22,841 nt of DNA from Methanomicrobiales archaeon (GTDB lineage Archaea > Halobacteriota > Methanomicrobia > Methanomicrobiales > Methanospirillaceae), in NCBI GenBank assembly GCA_037137755.1, contig JBAXJR010000036.1:1-22841 (forward strand). Direction: 5' to 3'. Position 1 is the stretch's first letter. Each line of letters starts with the position of its first letter. The notes below the pieces were generated by a model. That model was not told the origin of the DNA. It saw nothing but the letters and a program-made list of their open reading frames with translations, and searched no databases. A program made the translations under genes and the position numbers. Shown here piece by piece: positions 17,732-22,841 of this stretch.

Positions 17732-18010
17732 TTAAAGGGGAAAATTAAGCAGTTGCAGCAGGATCAGGAGGAGTGCCCCGGGTATTCCTCCAAACAGGCA
17801 GATCAGGAAGGTCAGGGGGGTAATGGGAATATCAGGTTTTCCGACCGCTCCGAGAACATGAAAATAATTCACAAAAAAAAGCAACAAAAGCCCAAGAATC
17901 GAATTAATAACCAGTTTCATGAGGTTTTTAATGATAAAAAAACCTACCACTATCGCTACAATGAGGACCATTATGAGGAATGTGTAGCTGGAAAGAGGCA
18001 CATCGGTCAT
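17732..18010 (-). CDS. BofA-family (pro-sigmaK processing inhibitor-like) small membrane protein
   Basis: 92 aa, about 3 TM segments, NSILGLLLL...IPI.P....C...GGIPG.LLL signature. Confidence 0.8.
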   Translation of the reverse strand: MTDVPLSSYTFLIMVLIVAIVVGFFIIKNLMKLVINSILGLLLLFFVNYFHVLGAVGKPDIPITPLTFLICLFGGIPGALLLILLQLLNFPL

Positions 18011-18180
18011 TATTTATTAAAAAAACCGGATATCATAAAGTATTTTCGGTTTATCGTTTCATTCCGGCTTTTTGTGGAGTGTTTCGGCAACCAGGTTTAA
18101 GATTAAGGATATCGTTGCACGAATGCAGCGAAAAGCCCTGAGTCAGGTTATGAAAAACCAGTAACACCGGTTTAAACAGG

Positions 18181-18208
18181 CCATACAGTTCCTTTTTAAA
18201 CCGTATGG
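18181..18208 (-). terminator. Hairpin downstream of pmbA
   Basis: Minus strand CCATACGGTT-N8-AACTGTATGG, a 10-bp stem with one G-U pair, 7 nt after the stop. Confidence 0.5.
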
Positions 18209-18215
18209 GGCAGTT

Positions 18216-19535
18216 TCATATCCCGATTATCCGCTGCCCTGGCAACCGGACTTCAGGCAGTACCATAGAACCGATAACCCGTTCCCCACATGCTATTCCC
18301 TCAATGTCTTTTAACAGATCGAATACATTTCCTGCATACATTGCTTTCCGTACTGGTTTTCCAAAATCACCGTTTTCAATCCATGAGGGGTTGGAGATTT
18401 CAACCGAAAAATCCCCGCTCATGGGATTAGCGGTATGGGCCCCGACAACATCATGCACATAAATTGCCGGTTCATCCCGGATTTCGGAGCGCGGGCCGTC
18501 AAATACCAGGTTATGATAGCCGATCCCCGGTAATCCCCCGTATCCCGAACGTAATGCACTTCCGGAACTTTTTTTTCCAAACCGGTAACCGGTCTTCAGG
18601 TCATACAGGAATTCAGTCAATACTCCTTCCTTTACGATATCTATACGCCGTGTGGGAACACCTTCCGCATCCCACCAAGTACTACCGGGGCCGTAATTCC
18701 TGAATGGATCATCATAAATCGAAATGCTGGTATCAGCCACTTCTTCACCGAGGGATTTGGCCAGCCTGGACCGTCCTGCATGGACACTCCGCCCGTTTAC
18801 AGCCGGAACAAAAACGTTTCCAAGCAACTGGGCAAATGCCATGGGTGAAAGGACCAGGGAATAGTCGCCTGTCGGCAGGTCCTCACCTGATCTGCCATGA
18901 TGGGCAAAAAATGCAGCCTTTTTTCCGACATTTTCCGGGTCAACCGACATCGTTACAGACTGGTCAAACTCGTACCCTGTCGATTGATCGCTGATTGCTT
19001 CAAGGGAGACAGAAACCATGGATTTTTTTGTGGAATAGCGGACTCCGTGTGAATTTGCCAGCGTTAAATATCCCGTAGAAATATCTGCGGAACCAGACGT
19101 TACATTTACAGGGAATTCCTCTGCACCTTTCAGCATTTTATAAATGGCTTTCTCGGCGATTTCAGCCTCGACCCGTACTTCCGGGTCGAATGAAAGAAGT
19201 GGCCTCTCTTGGAGAGAGGGGCTGGGCAACCCGCCCCATTCCTGCGGGGTGGCAAGGGTCCCGCTTGAAACCGCTGCATCAAGACATTTTCTCCAGGACG
19301 AAGGATCACTGGTACCTGATGACCCGATTCGCCCATGGTCAATCGTACGGATACCAAGGCCTAAAGACTTTGAACCTGTTGCGATGCCGATTTTTTTCTT
19401 CGTTAATTCTGCCGATACCGACTCGCCACCGGTAATATAGACCTCGACTTCCTCAACCAGGGCCTCGCCTGCCCTGATAATGGTGTCAACGAGACCTGCA
19501 ATGTCATCCGGTGACAGGATCTCATTCGGTGCCAC
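18216..19535 (-). CDS. pmbA: TldD/PmbA family protein, PmbA/TldE-type subunit
   Basis: GLGIRTI..GRIG, DAEGVPT and AHTANPMSGDFS; lacks HExxGH. Start uncertain (GTG 19535 preferred; ORF track gives 19553). Confidence 0.9.
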   Translation of the reverse strand: MAPNEILSPDDIAGLVDTIIRAGEALVEEVEVYITGGESVSAELTKKKIGIATGSKSLGLGIRTIDHGRIGSSGTSDPSSWRKCLDAAVSSGTLATPQEWGGLPSPSLQERPLLSFDPEVRVEAEIAEKAIYKMLKGAEEFPVNVTSGSADISTGYLTLANSHGVRYSTKKSMVSVSLEAISDQSTGYEFDQSVTMSVDPENVGKKAAFFAHHGRSGEDLPTGDYSLVLSPMAFAQLLGNVFVPAVNGRSVHAGRSRLAKSLGEEVADTSISIYDDPFRNYGPGSTWWDAEGVPTRRIDIVKEGVLTEFLYDLKTGYRFGKKSSGSALRSGYGGLPGIGYHNLVFDGPRSEIRDEPAIYVHDVVGAHTANPMSGDFSVEISNPSWIENGDFGKPVRKAMYAGNVFDLLKDIEGIACGERVIGSMVLPEVRLPGQRIIGI

Positions 19536-20862
19536 TGCCACCCACCACCGCATTCCGGAGCATTATATATGGTGCCCCGTCACTAACCGGGACACTCTGG
19601 CCTCCTTTTCCGCAATATCCCTGCGACATTTTCCGCTCTTTCCCGCACATTTCGATCGAGTGCAGGGTAGAGAGGATCTCCCCGGAAAGGGATACATCCC
19701 TGACCATCCCTTTTCTCTCCCCCTGTTCAATTAAAAACCCATACTCGGCGTTGAACTGGAATACACCTCTTCCCGGGTCTACCTGCCCTCCCCGGGAACC
19801 GTAGAGAATTATCCCGGTTTTGATCCCTTCAAACATCTCTTCAAGGGATGAATCCCCCTCCTCGATGAATGTGTTGGACATCCGTACCAGGGGGGCTTCA
19901 CCTGGGCTTGCCCTCGCATGGCCGGCGACCCCGTTTCCGACCGATGCAAGTGTTTCCCGGTTATGCAGGTAGGCCCCTACAATCCCGTGGTCAATAATTG
20001 TCGTCCTTCCGACCCTTACCCCCTCGGCATCGACTGGATCAAAACCGAACTCGTGGAGCGAAGGGTCATCTACTATAGTTACCAGACTGCTTCCAATCCG
20101 TTCTCCGATTTTCCCAGAGAGGACTGAATTGCCTTCATGGACAAGGTCTCCCTCGCTTGCGTGCCCTACTGCCTCGTGGGCAAAAACACCTGCAAGTTCG
20201 GGGTCCAGAATTGCGTCCATCTTACCTCCGGTTACCGCCTGGGCATCGATGAGTGACAGTGCCCGAACACCTGCCAACCTCCCCATTTCCTGCTGGTGCC
20301 GGATATTCAATCCATGGATCGAATGCAGGCGTTCATACCCCATCTGGACATTGCCGTCTCTCGAGGCAACCGCCATGATGTTGAACCCGGAACGGCATAT
20401 CTCGTAGGAATATTCGTTCGCGCTACTATCGACAAAATAGACCTGCTCGGCACGCTCAATATACGTTGCGCGTGTGTTCACGATACCCGCAAGACGGGCT
20501 GATGACTCAATCTCCCCAAGGATACCGGTTTTCTCCTCGAGGCTCACATCCCCGGGGTCTTCCTTCATCACTGGTACGGCAAGCACACCATGGGGGGCAT
20601 CTGCAAGCATAACAGGTTCCGTTGTAATATGTGCAAGTGATGCTGCAGACGAAAGGAGCGACGCGAACTCTCCTCCTGTCGGGGACGAGTAATTGTCAAT
20701 TGTCAATATTCCCCAACCTGAAGATCCCAGTACCCTGATCACGGCAGTGCTGAAAAAAGAGGTGCCAGCCGATTCGATAACCGAGTTATCGATATCAATA
20801 TGAGTTGTCTGGCCTTTCACATGCCGGACATCGTAATACCTGATGTCCCCGTTCATATTCAT
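19522..20862 (-). CDS. tldD: TldD-type metalloprotease subunit
   Basis: [24 protein letters not shown] and [15 protein letters not shown]. Confidence 0.93.
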   Translation of the reverse strand: MNMNGDIRYYDVRHVKGQTTHIDIDNSVIESAGTSFFSTAVIRVLGSSGWGILTIDNYSSPTGGEFASLLSSAASLAHITTEPVMLADAPHGVLAVPVMKEDPGDVSLEEKTGILGEIESSARLAGIVNTRATYIERAEQVYFVDSSANEYSYEICRSGFNIMAVASRDGNVQMGYERLHSIHGLNIRHQQEMGRLAGVRALSLIDAQAVTGGKMDAILDPELAGVFAHEAVGHASEGDLVHEGNSVLSGKIGERIGSSLVTIVDDPSLHEFGFDPVDAEGVRVGRTTIIDHGIVGAYLHNRETLASVGNGVAGHARASPGEAPLVRMSNTFIEEGDSSLEEMFEGIKTGIILYGSRGGQVDPGRGVFQFNAEYGFLIEQGERKGMVRDVSLSGEILSTLHSIEMCGKERKMSQGYCGKGGQSVPVSDGAPYIMLRNAVVGGSGTE

Positions 20863-22775
20863 ACCAGTGTAGGGGAAACAGGTGTTGTTTCAAGCACCCT
20901 GTTTGAGGTGGTTGCGGCCATTTTCTTCAGCTTGGCAAGGAACCCTTCATTATTTTCAGGGACCAGGGCGTATTTTAAAACGTCCTCGATATGGTCTACC
21001 GGGATAACGTCAATTATAGATTTAAACCGCTCTTCTATCAATACATCATCCACGTTTGACCGTGGAATCAGCACCAGCTTGAGGCCGGCCTTGGCTGCAG
21101 CCTCAATCTTGAAGGTCACCCCGCCAACAGGCAGGACATCTCCCCGGACCGACAGGGACCCTGTCATCCCGATATCCTGCCGGACAGGTATCCCTTCTAT
21201 CGCGCTGATTACTGCTGTTGCTACACTTACAGAAGCAGAGTCCCCTTCGACACCGCCATAAGTCCCGATAAACTGGATATGGACATCCATGTTCCGAATA
21301 TCCTTCCCGGTGAACTTCTTCAGGATAGCACTCACGTTCTTTATGGATTCCTGTGCAATCTCCTTGAGCATGCCAGTTGCGATGACGGTCCCGCTTGCCC
21401 CCTGGGCAGGAGTGACTTCCGCCATGATGGGAAGGACAGACCCCGAATCACTACCCATTACCGCAAGTCCATTAACACGGCCAATCCGGGTACCCTCTAT
21501 AACGGTGAGTTCATACTCACGGTTACGCTTGATATATTCATCTGATACCTGATCCTCAATCGATCTGGCCACAGATTTCCCCGCAATCACATGTTCGGCG
21601 GTTGTAATGTCCACTCCTTCCTGCCTTGCAAGGTCACCTGCAACACGGATCAGGCCACCCATGTCACGCAGTTTTAGGGTGAGATGACCCTTACGACTTG
21701 ATCTTCTTCTAGCCTCCCTGATGATCTCATCAATGGCAGACCTATCAAAATGCGGAATCTTTCCGTCGTTCTTGATCTCCTGGGCGATGAACTTGATGTA
21801 CTTTTCACGGTTCTCCGGGGTATCAGGCATACTCTCGCTCATGTAGACTTCATACCCGTATCCCCGTATCCTTGACCTGAGTGCCGGGTGCATGCCCTGT
21901 ATCGCATCCAGGTTACCGGCCGCAACCATGACAAATTTACAGGGTACTGGTTCTGTCCTGACCATTGCCCCGCTTGACCGTTCGCTCTGCCCCGTTATAG
22001 GAAATTCCCCTTCCTGAAGTGCTGTGAGAAGGTTCTGCTGTGAATGCGCACCCAGCGTATTGATCTCATCAATAAAAAGAACACCTTCATGGGCCCGGTG
22101 AATTGCACCTGCTTCAACACGGTCATGGGACGGTGTCTCAAGACCCCCGCTCTGGAACGGATCATGTCGCACATCTCCCAGTAGCGCTCCTGCATGCGAA
22201 CCCGTGGCATCTACAAAGGGGGCAACAGCATTCACGTCATTTGAAACAAGGAGCTTCGGGACCATGGCCTCTTCTCTCGGCGTGGCATAGCGGAGTGCCA
22301 TGAATACAAACGCCGCTGCAATGATCCCCATCAGCCACTGGAAGGTGATAAACGCATATCCGACGATCCCTATCATCAGGAGGAGCATCAGGGTATTGCG
22401 GAACTGGATCTTCTTGCGTGCTTCGGCCTTGTGAGCGGTGACAATCTGCTTCCCCCTGCTTGCAGGAACGGTCCTAATGACGGGGTTGTTATTATCGTCA
22501 GAATTTGGATAGACGAGTATATCCTGAAGTTCTTCTTTCGGGAGGAGCTCTGCCATTGCTTTGGCCAGCATCGACTTCCCGGTTCCCGGGCTCCCGATCA
22601 TCATCACGTGACGCCGCTGTATCGCAGCCTTTTTTATGACCTCTACCGCGTGTTCCTGGCCGATAACCTGGTCAATCAGCCCGGCAGGCACTTCCACCTG
22701 TGAGGATAACTCTGTCAGCGGTTCTACAACAGGGATGCTATCTTGCGTCTCTGCCTCGATATTTGTGGTTTCCAT
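20859..22775 (-). CDS. lonB: Archaeal membrane-bound ATP-dependent protease LonB
   Basis: Walker [11 protein letters not shown] insert, [12 protein letters not shown], Walker B LFIDE, catalytic GDSAS and KIEAA. Confidence 0.97.
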   Translation of the reverse strand: METTNIEAETQDSIPVVEPLTELSSQVEVPAGLIDQVIGQEHAVEVIKKAAIQRRHVMMIGSPGTGKSMLAKAMAELLPKEELQDILVYPNSDDNNNPVIRTVPASRGKQIVTAHKAEARKKIQFRNTLMLLLMIGIVGYAFITFQWLMGIIAAAFVFMALRYATPREEAMVPKLLVSNDVNAVAPFVDATGSHAGALLGDVRHDPFQSGGLETPSHDRVEAGAIHRAHEGVLFIDEINTLGAHSQQNLLTALQEGEFPITGQSERSSGAMVRTEPVPCKFVMVAAGNLDAIQGMHPALRSRIRGYGYEVYMSESMPDTPENREKYIKFIAQEIKNDGKIPHFDRSAIDEIIREARRRSSRKGHLTLKLRDMGGLIRVAGDLARQEGVDITTAEHVIAGKSVARSIEDQVSDEYIKRNREYELTVIEGTRIGRVNGLAVMGSDSGSVLPIMAEVTPAQGASGTVIATGMLKEIAQESIKNVSAILKKFTGKDIRNMDVHIQFIGTYGGVEGDSASVSVATAVISAIEGIPVRQDIGMTGSLSVRGDVLPVGGVTFKIEAAAKAGLKLVLIPRSNVDDVLIEERFKSIIDVIPVDHIEDVLKYALVPENNEGFLAKLKKMAATTSNRVLETTPVSPTLV

Positions 22776-22841
22776 CGTCAGATTTCCCTCTTTCTCACGC
22801 GTAAGTACTGGTATAATTATTTCATGCTAGTTTAAGTACTT

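Noticed and set aside
17663-18100. 145-aa Lys-rich plus-strand ORF
   Set aside because: Antisense shadow of the hydrophobic BofA-like gene.
18112-18147. Small dyads TCGTTGCA-CGAA-TGCAGCGA and CCTGA-G-TCAGG
   Set aside because: Too short to distinguish from chance or ordinary intergenic hairpins.
7589-22830. Numerous plus-strand ORFs opposite pgk, the atp genes, pmbA, tldD and lonB
   Set aside because: Antisense to well-conserved genes, with no independent coding signal.

Overview
Archaeal chromosomal window, most likely from a methanogen of the Methanomicrobiales type (inferred from the A1Ao ATP synthase order HIKECFABD, LonB, GGTGA Shine-Dalgarno sites and TATA-box promoters). The right 80% is housekeeping and almost entirely on the minus strand: lonB-tldD-pmbA, a BofA-family membrane protein, a 50-aa zinc-ribbon protein missed by the ORF track, a hypothetical protein, the full A-type ATP synthase operon followed by pgk, two exported hypothetical proteins and adenine deaminase. 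The left ~4 kb is accessory. It holds two tandem paralogous secreted proteins with 10 versus 18 copies of a 12-aa repeat and a C-terminal domain resembling phage tail-spike autocleaving chaperones. It also holds a 1.4-kb non-coding region with the most unusual element: a divergent pair of homologous ~130-140-nt structured elements (93-bp inverted repeat, 55-bp perfect core). Each starts about 30 nt after its own TATA box, has a closing stem with compensatory changes, and carries two hairpins with the same GCUGAUACUC motif, which makes it a candidate undescribed archaeal sRNA family. All assignments come from reading the sequence by eye; no searches or folding programs were run.
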